From positions 17,151 through 81,150 of the forward strand of contig CAZHAR010000010.1 in the NCBI GenBank assembly GCA_964530615.1: 64,000 bases of DNA, written 5' to 3'. A model generated the notes under the pieces. It was not told where the DNA came from and searched no databases. It saw only the letters and a program-made list of their open reading frames with translations. Below, in pieces: positions 20,593 through 29,438 of the stretch. This DNA comes from an uncultured Planctomycetota bacterium (GTDB lineage: Bacteria; Planctomycetota; JBBTDB01). The position numbers were made by a program, and so were the translations under genes. The stretch's first letter is position 1. The number at the start of each line of letters is the position of its first letter.

Positions 20593-20931
20593 ATGAAATT
20601 AGTTTCCCTAATCCTTCCTTGTTTAGTTGTTTTCTTCTGTTGTCTAGGATGTGGGGGCGGAGTTGATCCCAAAACCACTGATCCCAAAACTGTTGAGCCT
20701 AAAACAGGAAAACGCACTGTTCAGGTTAACAAATCCGCAATGAGTCCAGAAGAATTGGAAAAAATCACTAAAGAATTCGAAGCGAACAAAGAAAAAATCG
20801 AAGCCGATCTTAAAGCCAAAGAACCCGCTATCGAAGCGATGAAAAAGCAAATGGAAGAATTAAAAAAGAAACAAGAACTTCAGAAAGCGGAACTAGAAAA
20901 ACAGAAAGCGGAACGAGAGAAAAAAGAATAA
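20593..20931 (+). CDS. Small lipoprotein with a K/E-rich coiled-coil tail
   Basis: Signal peptide plus lipobox (FFCCLGCGG), followed by a lysine/glutamate-rich coiled coil. Confidence 0.5.
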   Translation: MKLVSLILPCLVVFFCCLGCGGGVDPKTTDPKTVEPKTGKRTVQVNKSAMSPEELEKITKEFEANKEKIEADLKAKEPAIEAMKKQMEELKKKQELQKAELEKQKAEREKKE

Positions 20932-20950
20932 CGCAACAGCAAAAGAAGCA

Positions 20951-22150
20951 TTAGCGCGAAGATTTCCGAATAACTCCTTCTCGAATTGCTTGTTCTCGGA
21001 CGGCTTGTGCAACGATTTGAGCCACTGTCGGATCTAGGGTATCTGGAATAATACAATCCGCGGTTGGCTCTGGAACCATTGAAGCTAGGGCTTTTGCGGC
21101 GGCAAACTTCATTCCATCCGTAATTCGGACAGCGCGGGCATCTAACGCTCCGCGAAAAATACCGGGGAAGGCTAAAGAATTATTGACCTGATTCGGGTAA
21201 TCGCTTCGTCCTGTGGCAATAATCACGGCCCCGCCCGCTTTAGCTTCTTCTGGCGAGATTTCAGGAGTTGGATTCGAGAGTGCAAAAATGATTCGTGTCG
21301 ATGTCATTTCCTGGATATCGTTCGCTTTGAGCAGATTTGCCTGAGAAACTCCAATAAACACATCGGCTCCACGTAAAGCGTCTTTTAAGGTTCCCGATTG
21401 ATTATCCGGATTTGTAAAATTCAGTAAATCTTGTTTGTAAGGTTGCAAATCGGTGCGACGACGTGAAACAATCCCTTGAGTATCACACATATAAACATTT
21501 TTGACAGATGGATTTTCGCTAGTATTACTACTGACACCCGTAAGCATCCGCGCGATAGCAGTCCCTGCGGCACCCGCTCCGTTTAAAACAACTTTAAGGT
21601 TCGTCATCGGTTTTCCAACGACTTTACAGGCATTTAACAGCGCGGCATAGACGGCAATCGCTGTTCCATGTTGATCGTCATGAAAAACCGGAATACCAAT
21701 ATTTTGTAGCGATTCTTCAATAATAAAGCATTGAGGAACCGCAATATCTTCGAGATTGATTCCTCCAAAGGTGGGGGCTATCGCTAAAATAGTCTGAATA
21801 ATTCCTTCGATTGAGTGCGTGTTTAAAACAATTGGAACCCCATCAATGTTGGCAAATTTTTTGAAAAGAATCGCTTTCCCTTCCATCACAGGAAGAGCGG
21901 CTTCAGGGCCAATGTTTCCAAGACCTAAAACACGGCTCCCATCCGAAACAATCGCAATCGAGTTTCCTTTCATCGTTAAATCATAGGCTCGAACCGGATC
22001 TCGTGCAATCGCATTTGCAACACCTGCGACTCCGGGAGTATAAGCGATGGCAAGTTGTTCACGTGTCTCTAGGGGAAATTTAGAAACCGTCGCCCATTTG
22101 CCATGATGCTTTAGATGTTCTTCGATGGAAAGCGAAAAAAAATCCGTCAT
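20951..22150 (-). CDS. NAD(P)-dependent malic enzyme (short ~400 aa form)
   Basis: AIAYTPGVA..., GNIGPEAALPVMEGKAILFK, VFHDDQHGTAIAV and VLNGAGAAGTAIA are malic-enzyme signature segments. Confidence 0.85.
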   Translation of the reverse strand: MTDFFSLSIEEHLKHHGKWATVSKFPLETREQLAIAYTPGVAGVANAIARDPVRAYDLTMKGNSIAIVSDGSRVLGLGNIGPEAALPVMEGKAILFKKFANIDGVPIVLNTHSIEGIIQTILAIAPTFGGINLEDIAVPQCFIIEESLQNIGIPVFHDDQHGTAIAVYAALLNACKVVGKPMTNLKVVLNGAGAAGTAIARMLTGVSSNTSENPSVKNVYMCDTQGIVSRRRTDLQPYKQDLLNFTNPDNQSGTLKDALRGADVFIGVSQANLLKANDIQEMTSTRIIFALSNPTPEISPEEAKAGGAVIIATGRSDYPNQVNNSLAFPGIFRGALDARAVRITDGMKFAAAKALASMVPEPTADCIIPDTLDPTVAQIVAQAVREQAIREGVIRKSSR

Positions 22151-22302
22151 AAAACTTAATCTCTAAATTGTTGAACTATTTGGTTTTATAGGATATATTA
22201 AACTATTTACGGGAAATATCCTCTTTCTAATGGGGTTATTATAAGAAAAAATGAAAAATTGTCACCTTAGAAATTCTTAAATCTCTTAAATATTTTTTTC
22301 AA

Positions 22303-22776
22303 CTAGGAAACCAAATATATTCCAGAATATAGTTTTTGAGCCATTTTAACGGCAATTGAACAAGAATTTCCAATCCCTAAATCGTTTCTTTTTAAATACG
22401 TCCGCAAAGAAACTCCTAACCGAATTGCTTGAAGTTCTTCGTCTACCGAGGAAAAAAATAAACCTTCAGAAACGCCTAAAAAACGGAACCATTTATGCTC
22501 CTGAAAAGTCGCCAGAGCCAAACTCAGGGGAAGTTGATCGGGTAAAGATTCAAGCTCAGAAGAAAACTCGTCCCAGTCCAGACCAAATTCGAGAAAACAT
22601 TCTGAAGAACGCAGTTTTCCTAATCGGACGTTCCACCAACGTTTTAATTCTTCTTCCGTGAATATTTCAAGCGCCTGAACGAGTGAATACAAAACAGTTC
22701 GGGTTCGAGTCCGCAACATCTCTTTCTCCTCAATAGGGGTCGAAAAAACCTTCCTATTACGCAAGAAAGAGACCAA
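22303..22776 (-). CDS. Hypothetical protein
   Basis: 157 aa ORF. A competing plus-strand ORF exists at 22356-22661, so the strand assignment is uncertain. Confidence 0.35.
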   Translation of the reverse strand: MVSFLRNRKVFSTPIEEKEMLRTRTRTVLYSLVQALEIFTEEELKRWWNVRLGKLRSSECFLEFGLDWDEFSSELESLPDQLPLSLALATFQEHKWFRFLGVSEGLFFSSVDEELQAIRLGVSLRTYLKRNDLGIGNSCSIAVKMAQKLYSGIYLVS

Positions 22777-22967
22777 ACTAGCGTTCCCGTAAAAAAAAAT
22801 TTTGAGGATTGAAAAAATTTCCGGAAATCGTTTATTGAAGCGTTCTCATAAAATTCGTTCTCCTTAAAGCAAACCACAAAATGGGCGATTTTTACAAAAG
22901 AATGGTGCGTTTTCGCAACAACTGCAGATCGATTCCACAGAAACCGATCCTTAAAATACCCTTTCCT

Positions 22968-23444
22968 TCAATTTTTTTTTAACGTTTGTGTTCCAGAATT
23001 CAGATATTTCAAACCTTCAAGTGTTAGCCAGTTTTTTGATAAGGGAAGCATTTCTTTCAATGAAGACGATTTTGTGGGGACTATAGACGTTTGCTTCTCA
23101 GAAGAAGTCCGTTCGGGAAGCAGATTCGTTTTCTGGGTCCCCATCCAAAATCCTAAAACAAAAAAAAGAATCGCCGCGACCCTAGAAAACCAGGAAAATC
23201 GTGGAGGAGCGGAGTACGATTTTTTCCAATCCAATTCCCGATAAAGTTGATGCTGAAGGGCTTCAATCGCTTCGATAGAAGGAGATTGAGAAGCTTGTTT
23301 CAACTCTGTTTTTAAGGTTTCAAGTTCCTGAAAATGTTTTTGACAGTCCCTACATTCTGAAAGGTGTTGCGTTAATTTTTGCGGAGGAGTTTCGTAGACA
23401 TAAGCGCCCATCTCTTCCTGAAATTCACGACAGAACAGATTCAT
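22968..23444 (-). CDS. Putative anti-sigma factor (zinc-finger type, single TM)
   Basis: It has a 4-nt overlap with the upstream ECF sigma gene. The N-terminus carries the HLSECRDCQKHF zinc-binding-like motif, and a central TM helix is present. Confidence 0.55.
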   Translation of the reverse strand: MNLFCREFQEEMGAYVYETPPQKLTQHLSECRDCQKHFQELETLKTELKQASQSPSIEAIEALQHQLYRELDWKKSYSAPPRFSWFSRVAAILFFVLGFWMGTQKTNLLPERTSSEKQTSIVPTKSSSLKEMLPLSKNWLTLEGLKYLNSGTQTLKKN

Positions 23445-23941
23445 TGGGGTTCCTCCTGTTTTAAGCGTATTCGTAATTTATCAAGCGCGCGACTGAGTTG
23501 TTTTTTAACACTCCCTTCCGAAATATGAAGTACTTGGGCAATTTCTTTGATCGCCATTTCTGCTTCATGACGAAGCAAAAAAATCATTTTTTGATTTTCC
23601 GAAAGTGTTTCAAGCGAGTTTTGAAGACGTTCTCGTAATTCTTGTTGTGTTAAAGAGTTCCCGGGTTCTTGGGAAAATGTTTCCGATTGGCTTTTTTCTT
23701 CCTCACGATATTTTCGATTCCATTGTTTTTTTCGATGATTGAGGGCTTGATTCATTGTCGCGCGATAGAGCCATGCCGATTTTTCACGAATATGGGGCGT
23801 AACCAGAAGTTTCAAAAAAACTTCCTGACAGACATCTTTTGCTTCTTCGAGTTCAGGAAGAATACTCAACGCGATACGCAACAACCTCGGAGTGCATTGC
23901 TGAATCAACTTCTCATACTCTTCCTGAAGTTCCGGAGTCAT
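23441..23941 (-). CDS. ECF (sigma-70 family) RNA polymerase sigma factor
   Basis: Region 2 (...LVTPHIREKSAWLYRATMNQALNHRKKQ) and region 4 with the helix-turn-helix IKEIAQVLHISEGSVKKQLSRALDKLR are both present. Confidence 0.8.
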   Translation of the reverse strand: MTPELQEEYEKLIQQCTPRLLRIALSILPELEEAKDVCQEVFLKLLVTPHIREKSAWLYRATMNQALNHRKKQWNRKYREEEKSQSETFSQEPGNSLTQQELRERLQNSLETLSENQKMIFLLRHEAEMAIKEIAQVLHISEGSVKKQLSRALDKLRIRLKQEEPQ

Positions 23942-23944
23942 AAA

Positions 23945-25000
23945 TTATTCTTTTTCCACAACGGAAATCGCTTCCATGGGAATATGTCGGTTATTTAGGT
24001 CCTTTCCATCAAACTCCCAAAAAATTAATTTTTCTTGAGTTTTAGAGGGACGGAGACCATTGGTGTAGAGTAATTTTCCTGGAAGTTCAAGACGAAATTC
24101 GAAACGTTCATCGGAGAGGTCCTCCGTGAAGTGGAACGATTCTTTCATATTCTGAAGATATTTAGCATAAGGAAGTTGAGGGGAATTCTGAAATATTTCT
24201 TTTAAAGTGTTTTGTTCCGCTTTTGCGAATTCTTCTTCGATTTGAGCCAATTGTTGTGTTATTTGTTCTTCCAATAACTTTTGTTTCGAGGAATCTTCTT
24301 TATTTTTCTTCGCATTTTCGAGTTGTTGAATCAGATTCAGCCAAGATTCAATCCGAGTCACATTCAAAATTTTTTCATACGCCGAAAGCAGTTGAGTTTC
24401 AGATTCAACCAACAGGTCTGCTGAAAATACATATTCAAGAGCCATTTGGCCAAGCGCATCGATTACGAGCAGGATTCTTTTTTTGCACTCAAAACGCGCT
24501 AATCCCTGTAAAAACTGCTTTTGTTCTTGAACGTTCAAATCTTTTAAACCGTTTTCTGAAACACGTTTAGAAATATTTTCATCTACATTTTTTTTACGAA
24601 GTTGGTCCATTTTCCAAAAATCACGTGCGAAATAGGTTCGTTTAAAATGATAGAACGTTCGATTTCCCTCGATCTTGATGTCTAGCGAGGTTTTTAGTTG
24701 AAGATCCGGTGGTACAAAATGAGCCTCCAGTGTTTTTTGATACGCTTCTACTGAAGAAAAGGTATTTTCAGTGTGATAATGATAGGTTTTTTTTTGCTCG
24801 TGTTGCTCGATAGACTCTTGCTGTTTCCATCCAGCACCCCCCGGAAGCTTTAGCCCTGTTTTAGCGTCGTCTTCGTCCCCTGAAATCTCCCAATAGACGT
24901 AAATCGAGCCATCCGGTGCGATCACCAATTTTTCTTTTCGCTCTAGACAACCAAAGAGGCTCAAAAAGAATAATCCGAAAAAAATAAAATTAAATTTCAT
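23945..25000 (-). CDS. Lipoprotein of unknown function, co-transcribed upstream of the ECF sigma gene
   Basis: Signal peptide plus lipobox (FLSLFGCLE). A 4-nt gap separates it from the sigma gene. Confidence 0.5.
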   Translation of the reverse strand: MKFNFIFFGLFFLSLFGCLERKEKLVIAPDGSIYVYWEISGDEDDAKTGLKLPGGAGWKQQESIEQHEQKKTYHYHTENTFSSVEAYQKTLEAHFVPPDLQLKTSLDIKIEGNRTFYHFKRTYFARDFWKMDQLRKKNVDENISKRVSENGLKDLNVQEQKQFLQGLARFECKKRILLVIDALGQMALEYVFSADLLVESETQLLSAYEKILNVTRIESWLNLIQQLENAKKNKEDSSKQKLLEEQITQQLAQIEEEFAKAEQNTLKEIFQNSPQLPYAKYLQNMKESFHFTEDLSDERFEFRLELPGKLLYTNGLRPSKTQEKLIFWEFDGKDLNNRHIPMEAISVVEKE

Positions 25001-25113
25001 AGTTTCTCCTGAAAATAAAGGTTATCAATTCCTATTTAAAGACAATTTCAGGAGAAAAAGGTTGACAAAAAAAAGACTAAAGATGAAATTTTTTGAAACA
25101 GTTTCTTGTTGGG

Positions 25114-25620
25114 CTATTGTTTTTGAATTTGGAGAAGCGCCTCCAAAACATTTTCTCTGACAAAATAATTTTCTTCCGCTAATAACAAAGTCTTAAGAGG
25201 GAGAATTGCCTCGATGGCAGTAGACCCCATATTTCCCAATATTTTAGTGATATAGCCTCGCACAGAAATCGATTGATCTTGAAGGAGGGGAACAATTTTC
25301 AGAACAAGTTCTTTATCTTTGGGTTGAATATACAGGAACATCAAAGACGCTCGCTCTCGTCGCCAAAGATTCTCTTCTTGAAGAAGGTCTCTTAAGAGAA
25401 ACGAGGTCAATTCTTTTTGTTTTTCGTTCGGAAGTTTTTTGAGTTGAGTAATTGCAATTCCACTAACGACTATATTTTTAGATAATAATTTTTCCACAAA
25501 TCGTTCTTCCCGTTTAGGAAGAGAGTCTTCTAAAAAAAAACAAAAAAAGAGACAGCTACAACGCAAAAAAAGAGTCTGCAATTTATGAGAAATCGCGTAA
25601 GAAGAAGCTTGGAGCAACAT
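25114..25620 (-). CDS. HEAT/ARM-like repeat protein
   Basis: The helical-repeat pattern (LLQDQSISVRGYITKILGNMGSTAIEAILPLKTLLLAEENYFVRENVLEAL) is typical of HEAT repeats. Confidence 0.45.
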   Translation of the reverse strand: MLLQASSYAISHKLQTLFLRCSCLFFCFFLEDSLPKREERFVEKLLSKNIVVSGIAITQLKKLPNEKQKELTSFLLRDLLQEENLWRRERASLMFLYIQPKDKELVLKIVPLLQDQSISVRGYITKILGNMGSTAIEAILPLKTLLLAEENYFVRENVLEALLQIQKQ

Positions 25621-25688
25621 ATAAAACCTTTTTTTTAACGGAGGGTATTTTAGGGATCAAAGAATTATTTATTAGAGAAAATCAGAAA

Positions 25689-26546
25689 ATGAGTTATAAT
25701 GGACAGCTTAGAGAATACAGAGGGTGGCGCAAGTTAAATCGGCTGATTTTTTTAAACAAATGTATGGAACTTGAACAAGAATTTTTTGATTATTTAATTC
25801 AACAAAATTATATCACTCCAGAAACACTCACTCAATGGACTCAGGAATACCAAAAATATCGCAATATTTTTGACTCGCTTCCTTCAAGCCAACTCGCCCA
25901 CAGCCTTAAACCTCATGAAAAAACGCAAATCCTTCGAAAATCACATTCCCCAAATAAAAATAGAACCGCGATTATTTCTTCCGAAATTTTAGGAAAAATG
26001 AACAAAGAGGCTGAGGAAGTTTCTAATGAACCCCTTCAGGCGCCTTCCTCTAAAGATGAAATCGATTTGCTCATGGAAATTGAAAAATATTCTCAAACCC
26101 ACTCGTCTAAAGCAGAATTAGAAGAAAGCATTTTTTCGACAGAGCAAGCCTCCAGAATCACCATTAAAGACTCCCAAAATAACGAATCAAACAAAACAAA
26201 AACAGAGTCGCGAGCCCTTGTGATCGATCCGTCTACAGTCATTTTTAATCTTCAAAATTCCTCCCCAAAAAAAGCGATTGAGGAATTTGATCCCTTACTA
26301 CAACCGACTCGACTTTCGGTAGACAACGAGGTCAAATATTTTGAATGGGCTCTACAAGAGAAACAAAAAGCCTTTGAATTCTCCAAAACAAATCATCATT
26401 CAGAAGTCTTGAACTGTCTTTTGAAAGCATTTTCGTTTTTAAGTATCGTTCATTTTTTAAATACGGAAAACTCAGTCATTACTCACGAAAAACAATTGAT
26501 CGCTCAATGGATCGAGTCCTTTTTAGTCGACAATTCAGAATCATAA
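25689..26546 (+). CDS. Hypothetical protein
   Basis: 285 aa ORF with no recognised family. Confidence 0.4.
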   Translation: MSYNGQLREYRGWRKLNRLIFLNKCMELEQEFFDYLIQQNYITPETLTQWTQEYQKYRNIFDSLPSSQLAHSLKPHEKTQILRKSHSPNKNRTAIISSEILGKMNKEAEEVSNEPLQAPSSKDEIDLLMEIEKYSQTHSSKAELEESIFSTEQASRITIKDSQNNESNKTKTESRALVIDPSTVIFNLQNSSPKKAIEEFDPLLQPTRLSVDNEVKYFEWALQEKQKAFEFSKTNHHSEVLNCLLKAFSFLSIVHFLNTENSVITHEKQLIAQWIESFLVDNSES

Positions 26547-26647
26547 CCTTTTTACAAGTCGATCCTATCCTTTCGCCAGTATCCTCACGTCTGGCTACAA
26601 TTAACGCAACAAATCGTTTCCTCATTTTCTTGAGAATTTATAAACTT

Positions 26648-27811
26648 ATGCAAAAATCATTGTTTTTTCAAATGCTCCTGCTATTGATGCTCTCTGTTGT
26701 ATTGGCATTCGTCAATAATTTCCGCTCGGCAGTTTCCCTCGATTGGCTCCAATACTGGACCCCTATGTCTGAGTTAAAAAATAATAACCAGGTTGATCTA
26801 GAACTTGAAGAAATCAATGAATGGGAAGAGTTAGACGCAACAATGCTTCCCAATGAAATAGAAATGTTTTTACGATATAACGAGGGAAAAAGCTCCACAC
26901 TTATTGGTTCGAAAAAGGCCGCCAAAATACATGAATATGCTTTTGATAAAATTCTTTGGATCGATGCTCGCTCGCCTGAACTTTATGAAGAGGGACATAT
27001 TCAAGGAGCCACGCTGTTGCATTTTTATGAAAAACCTAAATATTTACCTGAAGTTCAACAAAAAATTCAAGAGAATCAACCGATATCTCTCCTCATTTAT
27101 TGCCGAGGTAAAGAGTGTACAGATTCTAAATTATTAGCAGAAGACTTCGAACGACTCGGATATCGAAACATTTTCATTTATAGCGGTGGCTATGATCAAT
27201 GGAAAAGAGAAGGATATCCCACCGAAGGAAATCCGAAAAATACGGCAAACTCAACGACCAATTCTTCGGAAAAACCGCCCGGAATGTATTTAGAGCATCT
27301 CGTTTTGGATTTGATTCCCTGTGCCTTCGGAATCCTTTTTGTGCTGGGTTGGAAAAAGATGAAAACAAACATGGGCCTCTGGATCGCGTCCCTCTTTGTG
27401 GGTCTTTTTTTCCTGTATGCCTCGGTTCCAAAAGTGCTAAATCCGCTTATCTTCGCGAAAAATATTTGGAACTATGATTTGATTCCGGGTCAATGGATCA
27501 ACGGAATGGCCCTTATTTTACCTATTTTGGAAGTCATTGCAGGGCTTTGTTTAATGACAGATTTTTTTCGGAAAGGCTCTAGCGGAACGATTAGCTTGCT
27601 TCTCATCGTTTATATGATCGCCGTAAGCACAAACATGATTCGCGGGCATGAATTTCAATGTGGCTGTTTCACAGAAACAACATGGATCACCCCCCTTTAC
27701 CTTGAAGGGTGGAACGACAAAATAACTTTGCTCTTACGGGATATAGCCTTATTGATTCTCTCATTATTCACTTTTTTTTATCCCTCAAAAAAATCGTTAC
27801 TCCAAGAGTAA
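26648..27811 (+). CDS. Rhodanese-domain protein fused to a MauE/DoxX-like four-helix membrane domain
   Basis: After a signal/TM segment, the rhodanese fold contains the active-site loop YCRGKECTD. The C-terminal half has four hydrophobic helices. The start is taken at the ATG at 26648; the track ORF begins at 26507. Confidence 0.6.
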   Translation: MQKSLFFQMLLLLMLSVVLAFVNNFRSAVSLDWLQYWTPMSELKNNNQVDLELEEINEWEELDATMLPNEIEMFLRYNEGKSSTLIGSKKAAKIHEYAFDKILWIDARSPELYEEGHIQGATLLHFYEKPKYLPEVQQKIQENQPISLLIYCRGKECTDSKLLAEDFERLGYRNIFIYSGGYDQWKREGYPTEGNPKNTANSTTNSSEKPPGMYLEHLVLDLIPCAFGILFVLGWKKMKTNMGLWIASLFVGLFFLYASVPKVLNPLIFAKNIWNYDLIPGQWINGMALILPILEVIAGLCLMTDFFRKGSSGTISLLLIVYMIAVSTNMIRGHEFQCGCFTETTWITPLYLEGWNDKITLLLRDIALLILSLFTFFYPSKKSLLQE

Positions 27812-27913
27812 TCTCTTTTTTGTGAAAGAAAAATTGCTATTTTGCAAGGATATCTTATATAGTATCAACAGATCAAAATGAAGCGTACCGTTTAAAATTT
27901 TAAAGAGGAACCT

Positions 27914-29380
27914 ATGCTTGAATATCTTCAATATATTAATGGAGAATGGCGACGAGGAACTTCGGCTCGTTCCGATGAAAATATCAATCCCGCAAACTAC
28001 GAAGAAATTTTGGGAACTGCGAAACTGGCCAGTAAAGGGGATACTATTGACGCTATACTCGCGGCAAAAAAGGCATTACCCGCTTGGAAAGCGCTACCCG
28101 GCCCTAAACGAGGTCAGATTCTCTTCAAATTTCAACGCTTGCTAGAACGAGATACCGAAGCACTCGCTCGAATGCTCACCCAAGAAGAAGGAAAAATCTT
28201 GCGTGAGAGTCGAGGAGAAGTTCAAAAAGCGATTAATATTGTCGAATTTCAAGCCGGCGAAGGCCGAAGGTGGGGCGGAATTACTCGTGGATCCGAACTC
28301 CCTAATAATTTTTGTTATACGCTAAAACAACCCCGCGGTGTAGTAGCGGTCATTACTCCCTGGAACTTTCCAGTCGCGATTCCGGTCTGGAAATTAGTCG
28401 CGGCACTAGTGACCGGAAATACATGTATTTTCAAACCCGCCTCGCTGACTCCGGCTTGCGCAGTAAAACTAGTCCAACTTTTAGAAGAAGCGGGTGTTCC
28501 AGCAGGTGTGGTAAACCTCGTGATTGGCTCAGGCTCGGAAGTGGGTAACACCCTCGTGAACGCTCCTGATGTTCACGCAGTGACCTTTACCGGATCCAAT
28601 GAAATCGGCTTACAACTCTATATCGACGCGGCCAAGCGCGGAATTCCGGTCCAATGTGAAATGGGTGGAAAAAACGCGCTGGTCGTGCTAAAAGATGCAG
28701 ACTTGAATCTTGCGGCAGAAGCAACCATTCAAGGTGCCTATGGTTCTACCGGACAACGTTGTACAGCGACTTCTCGTGTCGTTGTCGAAGAACCTGTCGC
28801 AGACGCTTTCCGAAAACTTCTCATCGAAAAAATGGATAAAATCGTCGTGGGCGATGGACTCGATGAACGAACAACAATGGGCCCCGCTGTCGATCGCAAT
28901 CAATTTGAAACGGTACTACGCTATATTATGACCGGAGAAGAGCAAGCGGAACTCGTCAAAGGGGGAAAAGAAATCTACGGAATGAAAGGATTCTTTCTCC
29001 AACCGACCCTCTTTGATCAGGTCGATTCCCAAATGATTATCGCTCAAGAAGAAATTTTTGGTCCCGTTCTGTCTATGATTCGTGTGAAAGATTTTGAGGC
29101 CGCCTTAAAAGCCGCAAATGATAGCCGTTATGGACTTTCGTCTTCGGTCTATACTAATGATAACGCAAAAATCTTCCGATTTATTAATGAAATTCAAACG
29201 GGAATCACTCATGTGAACTCTCCAACAATGGGGGGTGAGGCCCATCTCCCGTTTGGTGGAATGAAAGCCACGGGTGTCGGACATCGAGAAATCAACGAAG
29301 AAGCACTTGAATTCTTCACCGAAACTAAAACCGTTTATATTGACTATACGGGAAGCAAACGCGAAGGAAATTTATATTAA
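27914..29380 (+). CDS. NAD(P)-dependent aldehyde dehydrogenase
   Basis: ITPWNFP, the catalytic region QCEMGGKNALVVL...EIFGPV and GTVHVNS-like segments are present. The 488 aa length fits the family. Confidence 0.9.
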   Translation: MLEYLQYINGEWRRGTSARSDENINPANYEEILGTAKLASKGDTIDAILAAKKALPAWKALPGPKRGQILFKFQRLLERDTEALARMLTQEEGKILRESRGEVQKAINIVEFQAGEGRRWGGITRGSELPNNFCYTLKQPRGVVAVITPWNFPVAIPVWKLVAALVTGNTCIFKPASLTPACAVKLVQLLEEAGVPAGVVNLVIGSGSEVGNTLVNAPDVHAVTFTGSNEIGLQLYIDAAKRGIPVQCEMGGKNALVVLKDADLNLAAEATIQGAYGSTGQRCTATSRVVVEEPVADAFRKLLIEKMDKIVVGDGLDERTTMGPAVDRNQFETVLRYIMTGEEQAELVKGGKEIYGMKGFFLQPTLFDQVDSQMIIAQEEIFGPVLSMIRVKDFEAALKAANDSRYGLSSSVYTNDNAKIFRFINEIQTGITHVNSPTMGGEAHLPFGGMKATGVGHREINEEALEFFTETKTVYIDYTGSKREGNLY

Positions 29381-29390
29381 TTGTTTTCTT

Positions 29391-29438
29391 CCGGGCACGG
29401 CACGCCGTGCCCCTACAGAGGAAAATGCTTTATTTTTT
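29391..29438. repeat. GC-rich palindromic dispersed repeat, copy 1
   Basis: GGGCACGGcacgCCGTGCCCCTACAGAGGAAAATGCTTTATTTT sits between convergent genes. A near-identical copy is found at 63661-63709. Confidence 0.65.

Noticed and set aside
22690-22710. Second tRNA-like GGTTCGAGTCC motif
   Set aside because: The flanking bases do not form a 5-bp T-stem (only 3 of 5 pairs), and it lies inside an ORF, so it is treated as chance.
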